From: Gammaproteobacteria bacterium
GTDB lineage: Bacteria; Pseudomonadota; Gammaproteobacteria; SZUA-229
Assembly: GCA_041589175.1 (NCBI GenBank)
Contig: JBFHWF010000005.1
Span: 2,555-66,554 of the forward strand
Direction of reading: 5' to 3'
DNA: 64,000 bases
A program made the position numbers and the translations under genes. The notes below the pieces were generated by a model. It made no database searches and was not told where the DNA came from. It saw nothing but the letters and a program-made list of their open reading frames with translations. This document shows, piece by piece, positions 42,727 to 52,003 of this stretch. The stretch's first letter is position 1. Every line of letters starts with the position of its first letter.

Positions 42727-43569
42727 TTAAAGTTTTGGAGATTTATCTTCTTCCGAATCCATACGATCAAGCTCCGCTTCCATTTCATCTTCCGTCATTG
42801 GATGATATTGCTCATCATCCTCTACCTCTTTCTTCCTTATCATTTTCGACAGCTGCAAACCAAGCTCGAACAGTATCCACATAGGAATCGCCAGCATAAC
42901 CTGTGACGCAGGATCCGGGGGTGTTAACAGCATGCCAAATATGAAGGCACCAACAATTATATAGGGGCGTTTTTCAGACAGACTCTCCGGTGTTGTTACA
43001 CCACCCAGCACCAGTAATATCGTTGCGATTGGCACTTCAAACGCAATACCAAAAGCAAAAAACAGCTTAAGCGCAAAGTCGAGATAATAGGTTATATCAG
43101 GCGCATGCTGCACACCTTCTATACCCATAGAAACCATAAAGGTAAAAACATTTGGCAACACGATAAAGTATGCAAACGCGATACCTACATAAAACAGAAT
43201 CGCACTTGAAACAATCAGTGGCAATGCCAGCTTTTTCTCATGCTTATACAGGCCTGGTGCAATAAAAGCCCACGCCTCGAACATCAGATAAGGAAATGCA
43301 ACAAAAATGGATACGATAAAAGCCAGCTTTATAGGCGTGAGAAATGGCGATATCACTCCGGTAGCAATCATCGATGCACCCTCACCCAGGTTTTCGACAA
43401 CCGGCAATGCCAGGTAGTGATAAATATCATTTGCGAATGGAAACGCGAAAAGAAATACAATAATAACTGCAATTACACTACGCAGTAATCTGTCTCGCAA
43501 TTCAATCAGATGCGCAATAAAACCCATTTCCTGTGAATCGGGGGATTGCTGGCCCGGGGCCTGACTCAT
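42727..43569 (-). CDS. tatC: twin-arginine translocase subunit TatC
   Basis: 280 aa with 6 TM, ...HLIELRDRLLRS... and ...LLTPPDPASQ... Confidence 0.95.
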   Translation of the reverse strand: MSQAPGQQSPDSQEMGFIAHLIELRDRLLRSVIAVIIVFLFAFPFANDIYHYLALPVVENLGEGASMIATGVISPFLTPIKLAFIVSIFVAFPYLMFEAWAFIAPGLYKHEKKLALPLIVSSAILFYVGIAFAYFIVLPNVFTFMVSMGIEGVQHAPDITYYLDFALKLFFAFGIAFEVPIATILLVLGGVTTPESLSEKRPYIIVGAFIFGMLLTPPDPASQVMLAIPMWILFELGLQLSKMIRKKEVEDDEQYHPMTEDEMEAELDRMDSEEDKSPKL

Positions 43570-44066
43570 GATGCTTTATCCTGCGTGACTGACGCATCCT
43601 GTTTTTCGTCTTCTGATGGTACGTCTTCTTTTGTGTCACTCACTGCTTTTGTCGGATTACGCTCTTTCAGCTCATCCCACTCGTCATCATCTTCTTCGAT
43701 AATATCGTACAGAGGTGCTGATGGCTTTTGCTGCTGTGCATCGGATGTTTCGTCGACTGCTTCTGCCGTGCCTGGATCCAGCTTATTTTCAAACTGGTTG
43801 TGATAATCCTGGTCGATAAAATTTTCACCATCCTGCAATTTACTTTGCAACTCTCGAATCTGAACTTCCTGATTATGTAACAGGCGTTTAACTTCACTGG
43901 CGTCTAACTCTGCCTCAACCTGTGACTTCATACCTTCGACATAGCGGCGAGCCTTACCAAACCAGTAGCCCACTGTACGTGCAGCTTTAGGCAGGCGTTC
44001 GGGCCCTAGCACCAGTAATGACAATACCAGTATGACGGCCAGTTCGAGAAAGCCAATATCAAACAT
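43566..44066 (-). CDS. tatB: twin-arginine translocase subunit TatB
   Basis: 166 aa with N-terminus MFDIGFLELAVILVLSLLVLGPERLP and an acidic tail. It overlaps tatC by 4 nt. Confidence 0.92.
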   Translation of the reverse strand: MFDIGFLELAVILVLSLLVLGPERLPKAARTVGYWFGKARRYVEGMKSQVEAELDASEVKRLLHNQEVQIRELQSKLQDGENFIDQDYHNQFENKLDPGTAEAVDETSDAQQQKPSAPLYDIIEEDDDEWDELKERNPTKAVSDTKEDVPSEDEKQDASVTQDKAS

Positions 44067-44091
44067 GTCTGCTGCGACACTTCAGCCGTGA

Positions 44092-44310
44092 TCAGGCCTG
44101 GTCTTTCTCTTTTTTGGTAACTTCGGCTTCGATTACATCATCCTTGTTTTCCAGGCTTTTATCCGCATCCTTTTCACCATCTTTCATCGCCTTTTTGAAG
44201 CTATTAATAGCCGAGCCCATGTCGCCACCAATATTTCGAAGTTTTTTTGTACCGAATAGCAACACAACGATGCCCAAAACGATCACCAGCTGCCAAATAC
44301 TAATACCCAT
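44092..44310 (-). CDS. tatA: twin-arginine translocase subunit TatA
   Basis: 72 aa with [32 protein letters not shown]. Confidence 0.93.
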   Translation of the reverse strand: MGISIWQLVIVLGIVVLLFGTKKLRNIGGDMGSAINSFKKAMKDGEKDADKSLENKDDVIEAEVTKKEKDQA

Positions 44311-44362
44311 TATGTGTTCCTCATCTTACAGTGGAATGTCATGCAGAATGGTTACTGCCAAT

Positions 44363-44680
44363 TTAGTTTGATCTCGAAGCCTTTTCTTCAAGTCCCGACA
44401 GACCAAAACGCCTGTCTAATTCCTTTAAAACATCCTCGGGCCCCAGCCCCTGTTGCGCCAGCAGTACCATCGTGTGAAACCACAGGTCCGCTGTTTCATA
44501 AATTATTTTTTCGGGGTCTCCGTCCTTGGCAGCCATTACGGTTTCTGTGGCTTCTTCACCTATTTTTTTCAGAATGGCATCGAGCCCCTTGCTATACAAC
44601 TTTGCCACGTAGGATGAATCTGCCTCGGCCTGTTTACGCTGCTCAAGTACCTCGGCGAGTCGATTTAGAACATCACTCAT
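44363..44680 (-). CDS. hisE: phosphoribosyl-ATP diphosphatase
   Basis: 105 aa containing ...[24 protein letters not shown]...ETADLWFH... Confidence 0.92.
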   Translation of the reverse strand: MSDVLNRLAEVLEQRKQAEADSSYVAKLYSKGLDAILKKIGEEATETVMAAKDGDPEKIIYETADLWFHTMVLLAQQGLGPEDVLKELDRRFGLSGLEEKASRSN

Positions 44681-45093
44681 TCGCTTTTGTCCCGTGGTTT
44701 GGGTTTTGAGCCATAAATCTCATCGGGATTCCTGATGACATCATCCACAGCCACCCATTCACCATTGCGGAACTCACGATAAAAACAGCTCTCTCGACCC
44801 GTATGACAGGCAATACCCCCAACCTGTTCAATTTCCATGATAATGACATCACCATCACAGTCGAGGCGCAGTGACTTAACCTTCTGCGTATGACCGGATT
44901 CTTCACCTTTATGCCATAACCTGGCCCTGGAACGCGAGTAATAAACGGCCTCGCCTTTCTGTACCGTCAGCCCCAGAGACTCACGATTCATCCAGGCAAA
45001 CATCAACACGCGACCGGTTTCTGCATCCTGCGCAATGGCAGGTACCAGGCCGTCATCGGTCCATTTGATTTCATTGAGCCAGTTATCAGTCAT
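44677..45093 (-). CDS. hisI: phosphoribosyl-AMP cyclohydrolase
   Basis: 138 aa containing ...[25 protein letters not shown]...[18 protein letters not shown]...CDGD... Confidence 0.93.
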   Translation of the reverse strand: MTDNWLNEIKWTDDGLVPAIAQDAETGRVLMFAWMNRESLGLTVQKGEAVYYSRSRARLWHKGEESGHTQKVKSLRLDCDGDVIIMEIEQVGGIACHTGRESCFYREFRNGEWVAVDDVIRNPDEIYGSKPKPRDKSE

Positions 45094-45147
45094 TCGCTTA
45101 TTTTATCACAGACAGTATTCAGTGGGGTGCGCCATGCACAGCGCAGG

Positions 45148-45921
45148 CTAGAGTCGGACCTCAACACCACGGGACGCCATATGACGCTTGGCTTCCTCTA
45201 CGGTGTATTCGGCGAAATGGAATATGCTCGCGGCCAGTACAGCATCAGCCTTGCCTTCGATGACACCCTCGGCCAGGTGATCCAGGTTACCCACGCCACC
45301 CGACGCAATCACAGGTATCGGCACCGCCTCACTGATGGCAGCGGTCAGCTCAAGATCGAAACCAATCTTGGTGCCATCGCGATCCATGCTGGTCAGCAAA
45401 ATCTCTCCTGCGCCATAGTCAGCCATTTTCCTGGCCCACTCAATAGCATCAAGGCCGGTTGGCTTGCGCCCACCATGCGTAAAAATTTCCCAGCGATTGT
45501 CTTCACCTTCGGCACTGACCTTCTTGGCATCAATAGCCACAACGATACACTGCGAGCCGACACGCTCGCTCGCTTCTCTGACAAACTCCGGGTTAAATAC
45601 TGCCGCAGTATTGATTGCAACCTTATCTGCACCTGCATTCAGCATTCGGCGCACATCTTCGAGTTTACGAATTCCACCACCAACAGTTAATGGAATAAAC
45701 ACCTGCTCGGCAACCTGCTCAACCACATGAACAATCGTTTCCCGATCATCCGAGCTGGCAGTGATATCAAGAAAGGTAATTTCATCTGCGCCTTCACGAT
45801 CGTAGCGCCGCGCCACCTCAACCGGATCACCTGCATCTCGAATGTCGACAAACTTGACGCCCTTTACCACGCGGCCATTATCAACATCCAGACAGGGAAT
45901 AATTCGTTTAGCTAAAGACAT
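45148..45921 (-). CDS. hisF: imidazole glycerol phosphate synthase, cyclase subunit
   Basis: 257 aa containing [22 protein letters not shown]...PLTVGGGIR...TSMDRDGT...ASGG... Confidence 0.96.
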   Translation of the reverse strand: MSLAKRIIPCLDVDNGRVVKGVKFVDIRDAGDPVEVARRYDREGADEITFLDITASSDDRETIVHVVEQVAEQVFIPLTVGGGIRKLEDVRRMLNAGADKVAINTAAVFNPEFVREASERVGSQCIVVAIDAKKVSAEGEDNRWEIFTHGGRKPTGLDAIEWARKMADYGAGEILLTSMDRDGTKIGFDLELTAAISEAVPIPVIASGGVGNLDHLAEGVIEGKADAVLAASIFHFAEYTVEEAKRHMASRGVEVRL

Positions 45922-45932
45922 AGAAATTCACA

Positions 45933-46667
45933 TCAGGACTGGTTATCAACCCAGGCCTGCGCCTCGGCAAAGTCCAGCGTGCCTTCGTATATCGCACGGC
46001 CGGTAATGGCGCCCATTATGCCTTCGTCTTCAACTGCGGCCAGCGCTTTGATGTCATCCATATTGGTAATACCACCGGACGCAATCACGGGAATATGAAT
46101 AGCCTGTGCCAGTTTAACCGTGGCATCCACATTCACACCCTGCATCATGCCATCACGGGAAATGTCGGTATAGATAATCGATTCCACACCGTCCTCTTCA
46201 AAACGCTGTGCCATATCGATCACGTCATGACGCGACACCTTGGACCAGCCCTCAGTTGCCACCTTACCATCTTTAGCATCCAGACCGACTATGATATGCC
46301 CGGGAAACCCGGCACAGATATCCGCAATAAAGTGCGGATCGGTCACAGCTTTGGTGCCGATAATCACGTAACTGACACCCGCGTCGAGATAGGTTTCGAT
46401 CGTCGACTCATCACGAATTCCGCCACCGATTTGCACAGGCACATCGGGATAAGCCTCAACGATACTATGTACGACTTCGGCATTCATTGGCTTGCCTTCA
46501 AAAGCGCCATTCAGATCCACCAGATGCAGGCGTCGACAACCCGCCTCAACCCACTTGCCTGCCATCGCAACAGGATCATCCGAAAAAACCGTGTTGTCTT
46601 CCATCACACCCTGGCGTAAGCGCACACACTGCCCGTCTTTCAAGTCAATGGCCGGAATTAATAACAT
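45933..46667 (-). CDS. hisA: ProFAR isomerase
   Basis: 244 aa containing [17 protein letters not shown]...HLVDLNGA...QIGGGIR...TDISRDGM... Confidence 0.95.
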   Translation of the reverse strand: MLLIPAIDLKDGQCVRLRQGVMEDNTVFSDDPVAMAGKWVEAGCRRLHLVDLNGAFEGKPMNAEVVHSIVEAYPDVPVQIGGGIRDESTIETYLDAGVSYVIIGTKAVTDPHFIADICAGFPGHIIVGLDAKDGKVATEGWSKVSRHDVIDMAQRFEEDGVESIIYTDISRDGMMQGVNVDATVKLAQAIHIPVIASGGITNMDDIKALAAVEDEGIMGAITGRAIYEGTLDFAEAQAWVDNQS

Positions 46668-46705
46668 TGTTTCACCTGATTGTTATCTCACGATACGTAA
46701 ACTGA

Positions 46706-47344
46706 TTACCCACGCCACTGCGTGAAGTTTTTTAATAACTGTAGCCCATCCTGTGCGCTTTTTTCCGGGTGACACTGGATAGCAAATACATGCCCGCTGG
46801 CAATGGCAGAAACGAAAGTGCGACCATAGTCAGTGGTAGCTGCAACAATATCCTGTTGTTGCGGATCCATATAATAGCTATGCACAAAATAGAATCGGCC
46901 ATGATCATTAATCTGGTGCCACATAGGGTGATCTATTTTCTGATCAACACGGTTCCAGCCCATGTGCGGGATTTTTAGTCGATGGCCCTGGGCATCCTGC
47001 AGATTCTCTCCAAAAAAACGCACATTACCAGGAAAAAGGCCGAGACACTCCACACCATCATTTTCTTCACTGTGATCCACCAGCACCTGCATTCCCATGC
47101 AGATCCCCAGAAAGGGCTTTTCTGCCGCAGCGTCACGCACGACCTTATCCAGCTTCCTGTCCTGTAGCTCACGCATACAGTCACGTGCCGCACCCTGGCC
47201 GGGAAACACAACCCTCTCGGCACTGGAAATTAACTGCGCATCGGAGCTTACCGTAACCGACTTATCCGGTGCCACATGCTCAATCGCCTTGGCAACGGAG
47301 CGCAGGTTACCCATGCCGTAATCAACGACAACAATATCGGCCAC
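46706..47344 (-). CDS. hisH: imidazole glycerol phosphate synthase, glutamine amidotransferase subunit
   Basis: 212 aa containing ...VVDYGMGNLRSV...PGQGA...GICMGMQ...FVHSY...HPEKS. Confidence 0.95.
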   Translation of the reverse strand: MADIVVVDYGMGNLRSVAKAIEHVAPDKSVTVSSDAQLISSAERVVFPGQGAARDCMRELQDRKLDKVVRDAAAEKPFLGICMGMQVLVDHSEENDGVECLGLFPGNVRFFGENLQDAQGHRLKIPHMGWNRVDQKIDHPMWHQINDHGRFYFVHSYYMDPQQQDIVAATTDYGRTFVSAIASGHVFAIQCHPEKSAQDGLQLLKNFTQWRG

Positions 47345-47937
47345 TACAGGCTACCTTTAGTCGATGGCATAACGCCCTGCATGCGCGGATCCTCTTCCAG
47401 CGCCATGCGCAGTGCACGGCCGAAGGCCTTGAAAATCGTTTCTGCAACATGATGCGCATTACGACCCCGAATGGAATCGACGTGCAAGGTCACTTTGGCG
47501 TGATTAACAAAGCCCTGAAAAAATTCATAGAACAGATCCACATCGAAGCCACCGATACTGGCACGCGGAAATTCAACTGGCATTTCGAGACCAGGGCGCC
47601 CGGAAAAATCGATGACAACACGTGACAGTGCCTCATCCAGCGGCACATAAGCATGACCATAACGTCGAATGCCTTTTTTATCTCCTACCGCCTTATCGAA
47701 AGCCTGTCCGAGGGTAATGCCGATATCTTCCACGGTGTGGTGAGCATCAATGTGCAAATCCCCTTTGGCATTCACTGTGAGATCTATCAGGCCATGACGA
47801 GCCACCTGGTCTAACATGTGATCGAGGAATGGGACGCCTGTATCAAAACTGGACTGCCCGGTACCATCTAGATTTACTTCGACTGAAATCTGTGTTTCCA
47901 GCGTATCGCGAGCGACTTTCGCAGTGCGAACGGTCAT
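47344..47937 (-). CDS. hisB: imidazoleglycerol-phosphate dehydratase
   Basis: Taken from ATG 47937 ([25 protein letters not shown]...; the ORF-track start at 48015 is an extension). Contains ...[11 protein letters not shown]... and ...[14 protein letters not shown]... Confidence 0.94.
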   Translation of the reverse strand: MTVRTAKVARDTLETQISVEVNLDGTGQSSFDTGVPFLDHMLDQVARHGLIDLTVNAKGDLHIDAHHTVEDIGITLGQAFDKAVGDKKGIRRYGHAYVPLDEALSRVVIDFSGRPGLEMPVEFPRASIGGFDVDLFYEFFQGFVNHAKVTLHVDSIRGRNAHHVAETIFKAFGRALRMALEEDPRMQGVMPSTKGSL

Positions 47938-48072
47938 TGAATTGCTTCTCCAGCGGGTGAGTATATTAGCGCCATAGGATACACTGTTATACGCCCTGGG
48001 AAAACTCTTGAACACATAAAAGACAAATAGAAAACACCCGTAAAGCGGGGCTCCACGGGCTTTATGCGAGAC

Positions 48073-48339
48073 TTACTCGGCAGGGCGCTGCAAGTTGTAG
48101 CGCGTACGCGAAAAATAACAGTTAAGGAAAGTCGATGCCGCAAATGCCAGCCACAGAAAAACAAAGCTGAAGATATAGGCCTGAATACGGAAAACACCCT
48201 CGTCAACGTCCAGCATCAGTGCAACTGCTATATCAGCTGGATCAATAAACGCAAACACCATAAACACCAGCACAGCCACTACCAGCGCGTTCGTCCACAA
48301 ATACGACAGGACACACTTACAACTCGGCGCATCACCCAT
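48073..48339 (-). CDS. small hypothetical membrane protein (2-3 TM)
   Basis: 88 aa, hydrophobic. It lies between a near-consensus promoter and hisB on the same strand. No family was recognised. Confidence 0.4.
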   Translation of the reverse strand: MGDAPSCKCVLSYLWTNALVVAVLVFMVFAFIDPADIAVALMLDVDEGVFRIQAYIFSFVFLWLAFAASTFLNCYFSRTRYNLQRPAE

Positions 48340-48442
48340 AAGCCACCCCCAAGCACATATTCATTTAAATTAACGGTTATCCGGCTAGCCCACCTCTTAA
48401 TAAACCCAGAATCAATTTATGAGCCACCACGCTTGCGCATCA

Positions 48443-48471
48443 TTAATAACCAACAGACCTGTGCCTGTCAA
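48443..48471 (-). promoter_or_regulatory. near-consensus sigma-70 promoter reading toward the 88-aa ORF and his operon
   Basis: On the minus strand, TTGACA (48471-48466), a 17-nt spacer, then TATTAA (48448-43). Confidence 0.5.
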
Positions 48472-48702
48472 GCAAAACATTGCAGGATATCATTGTTTTT
48501 CAAGTGAAATATTTGCTTATTCAAAATAATTAATATTAATTTAATTTATCTTGATAACCATCAAGTAGAAAAGGCTCTGTACGCGACACCTTAATAAACC
48601 AGCAGCGCATATTTTTACCGACAAGGACAGGGTGGCCATTAATTAAACAAAATATTTAATCAATTCATTTATTTACACGCGATTAAAAAACCATACGCAT
48701 TT

Positions 48703-49140
48703 TCAGGTCTGCAAATAGAACGTTACCGGGCCGTCATTCACCAGGCTCACCGCCATATCCGCTCCGAACCGCCCCTGCCCAACCTTAGAATGTAACGCCT
48801 GACACTGACTCACAACATAGTCAAACCACTGACTACCCTCCTGCGGCGGCGCCGCAGAGGAAAAACTCGGACGCATTCCCCTGTCTGTATCCGCTGCCAG
48901 GGTAAACTGTGGCACCAGCAGCAGGCCACCATCCACCTGCTGCAATCCGAGATTCATCTTGCCCTGCTCATCCTCAAACACACGGTAATTCAGCAGGCGA
49001 TGCACCATTCTGTCAGCGCGCGCCTGATCATCCCCTTTTTCAACCCCCAACAGCACCATCAGGCCCTGACCGATTTCAGCAATACGCTGCCCCTCAACCA
49101 CCACATCAGCCCGGCTCACTCGCTGTATCAGAGCAATCAC
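48703..49140 (-). CDS. dtd: D-aminoacyl-tRNA deacylase
   Basis: 145 aa containing [18 protein letters not shown]...[19 protein letters not shown]... Confidence 0.93.
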   Translation of the reverse strand: MIALIQRVSRADVVVEGQRIAEIGQGLMVLLGVEKGDDQARADRMVHRLLNYRVFEDEQGKMNLGLQQVDGGLLLVPQFTLAADTDRGMRPSFSSAAPPQEGSQWFDYVVSQCQALHSKVGQGRFGADMAVSLVNDGPVTFYLQT

Positions 49141-50087
49141 CGCAGCCTCTCAGCCAGCTCTCGGGTTGCCCGGATCAAGGCACGACTGATACCCGGCTCA
49201 ACCACTGCATGCCCGGCATCAGCAACGATATCCAGCTGCGCCTCTGGCCAGACACTGGCAAGCTCCCAGGCCTGCTCGACCGGACATATCACATCATATC
49301 GACCGTGGATGATATAGGCAGGAATGTGCCGAATACGCTCAACATCACGTAATAGCTGGTCTGGCTCCAGCCAGGATTGATGTACGAAATAATGGCATTC
49401 GATCCGCGCAATACTCAGCGCCGTATGGCTATCGGCAAAACTGTCCACCAGCGAGGCATCCTGCAGCAGGGTAGCCGTTCGCCCCTCCCATATCGACCAG
49501 GCTTTTGCCGCGCGCAGCTTACGCACCTCATCATCCCCGGTCAGCAGGTCATAGTAAGCCGCTACCATATCGCCACGTCGTGATTCATCTACCGGGTCGA
49601 CAAAATCTTCCCAGTAGTCGGGAAACAGTCGGCTGGTCCCCTCCTGATAAAACCACTGGATATCTCTGTCACGAGCCAGGAATATCCCTCGCAAGATCAG
49701 CCCGCTCACCGATTCTGGATGAGTCTGCGCATACAGCAGGCCAAGGGTTGAGCCCCATGAGCCACCGAATACCACCCACTTTTTGATGTCCAGATGACGG
49801 CGAATCTGTTCAATATCGGCAACCAGATGCTGACTGGTATTATCCTGAAGGCTGGCATGAGGTGTCGATTTACCACTCCCGCGCTGATCAAACAGCACAA
49901 TCCGATAGACATCCGGATCAAAAAACTGGCGGTAAAACGGCGCGCAACCTGCGCCAGGGCCACCATGAAGGTACACAACCGGAATACCTGACGGATTGCC
50001 ACATTCCTCGATATACAGGGTATGCGTATCATCCACATCCAGGTGATGGGTTACATAAGGTTTTATCGGTGGGTACAGATTATCCAT
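49137..50087 (-). CDS. pip: prolyl aminopeptidase (proline iminopeptidase)
   Basis: 316 aa containing ...LHGGPGAG...FDQRGSGKS...GGSWGSTL...; alpha/beta fold. Confidence 0.9.
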   Translation of the reverse strand: MDNLYPPIKPYVTHHLDVDDTHTLYIEECGNPSGIPVVYLHGGPGAGCAPFYRQFFDPDVYRIVLFDQRGSGKSTPHASLQDNTSQHLVADIEQIRRHLDIKKWVVFGGSWGSTLGLLYAQTHPESVSGLILRGIFLARDRDIQWFYQEGTSRLFPDYWEDFVDPVDESRRGDMVAAYYDLLTGDDEVRKLRAAKAWSIWEGRTATLLQDASLVDSFADSHTALSIARIECHYFVHQSWLEPDQLLRDVERIRHIPAYIIHGRYDVICPVEQAWELASVWPEAQLDIVADAGHAVVEPGISRALIRATRELAERLR

Positions 50088-50134
50088 TTAGGCCTCGCTC
50101 TTTAAACTCCACATGACTTGCTCCATATTGACAA

Positions 50135-50176
50135 CCCCCATTGCCTTGTAGGATTTTTCCTACAAGGCAATGGGGG
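50135..50176. promoter_or_regulatory. 42-bp perfect palindrome containing a GacA/UvrY-box-like core TGTAGG-N6-CCTACA
   Basis: CCCCCATTGCCTTGTAGGA-TTTT-TCCTACAAGGCAATGGGGG. The 18-bp core (50147-50164) has the geometry of TGTAAG-N6-CTTACA. It lies ~77 nt upstream of a CATAAT -10-like hexamer (50232-50237). Confidence 0.55.
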
Positions 50177-50243
50177 ATAATCTGACGTCAAGCACCTGAA
50201 ACAGCTGATATCTATTTTTATCGCACACCCCCATAATTTAACC

Positions 50244-50441
50244 ATGGACACAGGGACATGGCATCACAGGGACACATGGATGTAAGGAAGTAGCTGGAAC
50301 GGACATACATGGAAACGGAGTCCACGGAAGATCAGATCTTTTTACAGGAGTATATGGAAAAACGGATCGAGCTACAACGCCATACTCAATCACCAGGGCA
50401 AGGGATGTCCAGAAACCCGGCAGGGATTGCCGGGTTTTTTT
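50244..50441 (+). ncRNA. Csr/Rsm-family (CsrB/RsmY/RsmZ-like) CsrA-sequestering sRNA, ~200 nt; 5' end approximate
   Basis: 15 GGA motifs between 50246 and 50426 on the plus strand only. There is no credible CDS, the terminal hairpin has GGA in its loop followed by U7, and a GacA-box-like palindrome lies upstream. Confidence 0.7.
50413..50441 (+). terminator. intrinsic terminator of the GGA-rich sRNA
   Basis: AAA-CCCGGCA-GGGAT-TGCCGGG-TTTTTTT. Confidence 0.85.
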
Positions 50442-50509
50442 ATGCCTGAAACAATCTCTCTTACCCCTGCAAAATAACACATCGAACACTTTGCAATAGC
50501 CGACTTCCC

Positions 50510-51286
50510 ATGTATGGTTCGCCCATGAGCGAATTCATCCCACCCCCTAAAACACTGTTACGCCAGGCTGGCCGAGCCCTGATCGACTTTGGCATGATCC
50601 GGGAAGGCGACCGCGTACTACTGGGATTGTCTGGCGGCAAGGACTCACTATCGCTACTGCATATTCTTAATCACTTCCAGCGCCACGCCCCGATACACTT
50701 CGAATTTGGCGCTATGACGGTGGACCCCATGGCCGGTGACTTTGATCCATCGCCCATGATCCCGTATCTGGAATCTCTCGGTGTGGAGTACCACTACCGA
50801 AAAGAACCCATAATGGACATGGCGAAACAGCATATGGGCAAGCCCTCCTACTGCGCATTCTGCTCACGTATAAAGCGCGGCATCATGTATAGCACTGCAC
50901 GAGAGCATAAATATAATGTGATCGCACTGGCACAACATCTCGACGACCTGGCAGAAAGCTTTCTGATGTCTGCATTTCACGGTGGTCAGCTAAAAACCAT
51001 GAAGGCACATTACACCAATGATGATGGCGACCTGCGCATCATTCGTCCACTGGTCTATGTGCGTGAACGACAGACCCGTGACTTTGCATCCAGCGCCGAA
51101 CTCCCCATTATTCCCGACTCATGTCCGGCCTGCTTTTCAATGCCCACACAGCGTCAACATATGAAAGAATTACTCGCTGCCGAAGAACAGGACAACAAGC
51201 TGCTATTCAAGTCACTGCTTTCAACCCTGCGCCCCCTTATGTCGAAAGGTATGCCAGAAACCGAAGCATCCGACGAAAGGAAATAA
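50510..51286 (+). CDS. ttcA: tRNA 2-thiocytidine(32) synthetase
   Basis: 258 aa with PP-loop LGLSGGKDS, Cys pairs CAFCSR and CPAC, and ...DDLAESFLMS... An alternative ATG lies at 50525. Confidence 0.9.
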   Translation: MYGSPMSEFIPPPKTLLRQAGRALIDFGMIREGDRVLLGLSGGKDSLSLLHILNHFQRHAPIHFEFGAMTVDPMAGDFDPSPMIPYLESLGVEYHYRKEPIMDMAKQHMGKPSYCAFCSRIKRGIMYSTAREHKYNVIALAQHLDDLAESFLMSAFHGGQLKTMKAHYTNDDGDLRIIRPLVYVRERQTRDFASSAELPIIPDSCPACFSMPTQRQHMKELLAAEEQDNKLLFKSLLSTLRPLMSKGMPETEASDERK

Positions 51287-51298
51287 TTTCCCACTATA

Positions 51299-51323
51299 CT
51301 CCTGTAATCCATCATTACAGGAG
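51299..51323 (+). promoter_or_regulatory. perfect 10-bp hairpin sequestering the Shine-Dalgarno of the CDGSH gene
   Basis: CTCCTGTAAT-CCATC-ATTACAGGAG. The 3' arm contains most of AGGAGG (51319-51324), which lies 5 nt before ATG 51330. No U-tract follows. Confidence 0.5.
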
Positions 51324-51329
51324 GTATAG

Positions 51330-51977
51330 ATGAGCGATTCCGTTTATCGGTACTGCGGCAACACACTTGACGTCGCATGGGACGAAAGGCTCTGCATTCA
51401 TATTGGTGAATGCGGCCAGGCAGAAGGCCATGTTTTTGTCGATGGACGAGACCCCTGGTGCCAGCCAGACCTGTGCGCCAATAGCAGCACACTGAAGGAA
51501 ATCGTTCAACGCTGCCCATCGGGTGCCCTCTATTGCCTGGACCACAACAATCAGCTTATTGAAGATCCACCCGTAGAAAACACTATTATGGTCAGCTATT
51601 CAGGTCCTTACTTTGTTCGCGGCAGGCTCTCACTCGATAACACCACAGATAACATGCCCGGCATCCAGCACCGAACAGCCCTCTGCCGATGTGGACTGTC
51701 AGCTAACAAGCCATTTTGCGACAACAGCCATATAAAATCTTTTACTGATAGCGGTGCCGTGGGCGAAACAGGAAACACCGCCTCAATAACTAGCGGTTTA
51801 CTTGAAATCAGCTGCCTGCCAGATGGCCCCCTATGGCTCAGCGGCAAATTTTGCATTATTGCTGGCAGTGGACGCCGAGCCTGGTGCGGCGATGAAGCCG
51901 CACTATGCCGATGCGGCGCTTCAAACAACAAGCCTTTCTGCGATGGTAGTCACCGTAACATCAACTTCAGGACCTAG
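51330..51977 (+). CDS. iron-sulfur protein: divergent 4Fe-4S mono-cluster-like N-domain plus two CDGSH zinc-finger-type [2Fe-2S] motifs
   Basis: 215 aa. The N-terminal Cys pattern is C..C....C...C..C, followed by ...CRCGLSANKPFCDNSH... and ...CRCGASNNKPFCDGSH... Confidence 0.8.
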   Translation: MSDSVYRYCGNTLDVAWDERLCIHIGECGQAEGHVFVDGRDPWCQPDLCANSSTLKEIVQRCPSGALYCLDHNNQLIEDPPVENTIMVSYSGPYFVRGRLSLDNTTDNMPGIQHRTALCRCGLSANKPFCDNSHIKSFTDSGAVGETGNTASITSGLLEISCLPDGPLWLSGKFCIIAGSGRRAWCGDEAALCRCGASNNKPFCDGSHRNINFRT

Positions 51978-52003
51978 CAGAATAACACCTCGAGATATTA
52001 CAC

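Noticed and set aside
48480-48700. AT-rich stretch considered as a replication-origin-like or integration-site region
   Set aside because: It has no DnaA-box (TTATCCACA-like) clusters and no 13-mer repeats. The flanking genes (dtd, his) are not origin neighbours.
50238-50489. 83-aa minus-strand ORF filling the pip-ttcA gap
   Set aside because: It has no RBS, odd composition (Pro/Cys/Val-rich, reflecting the TCC-rich complement of the GGA repeats), and it runs antisense through a clear plus-strand terminator. The GGA-rich sRNA explains it better.
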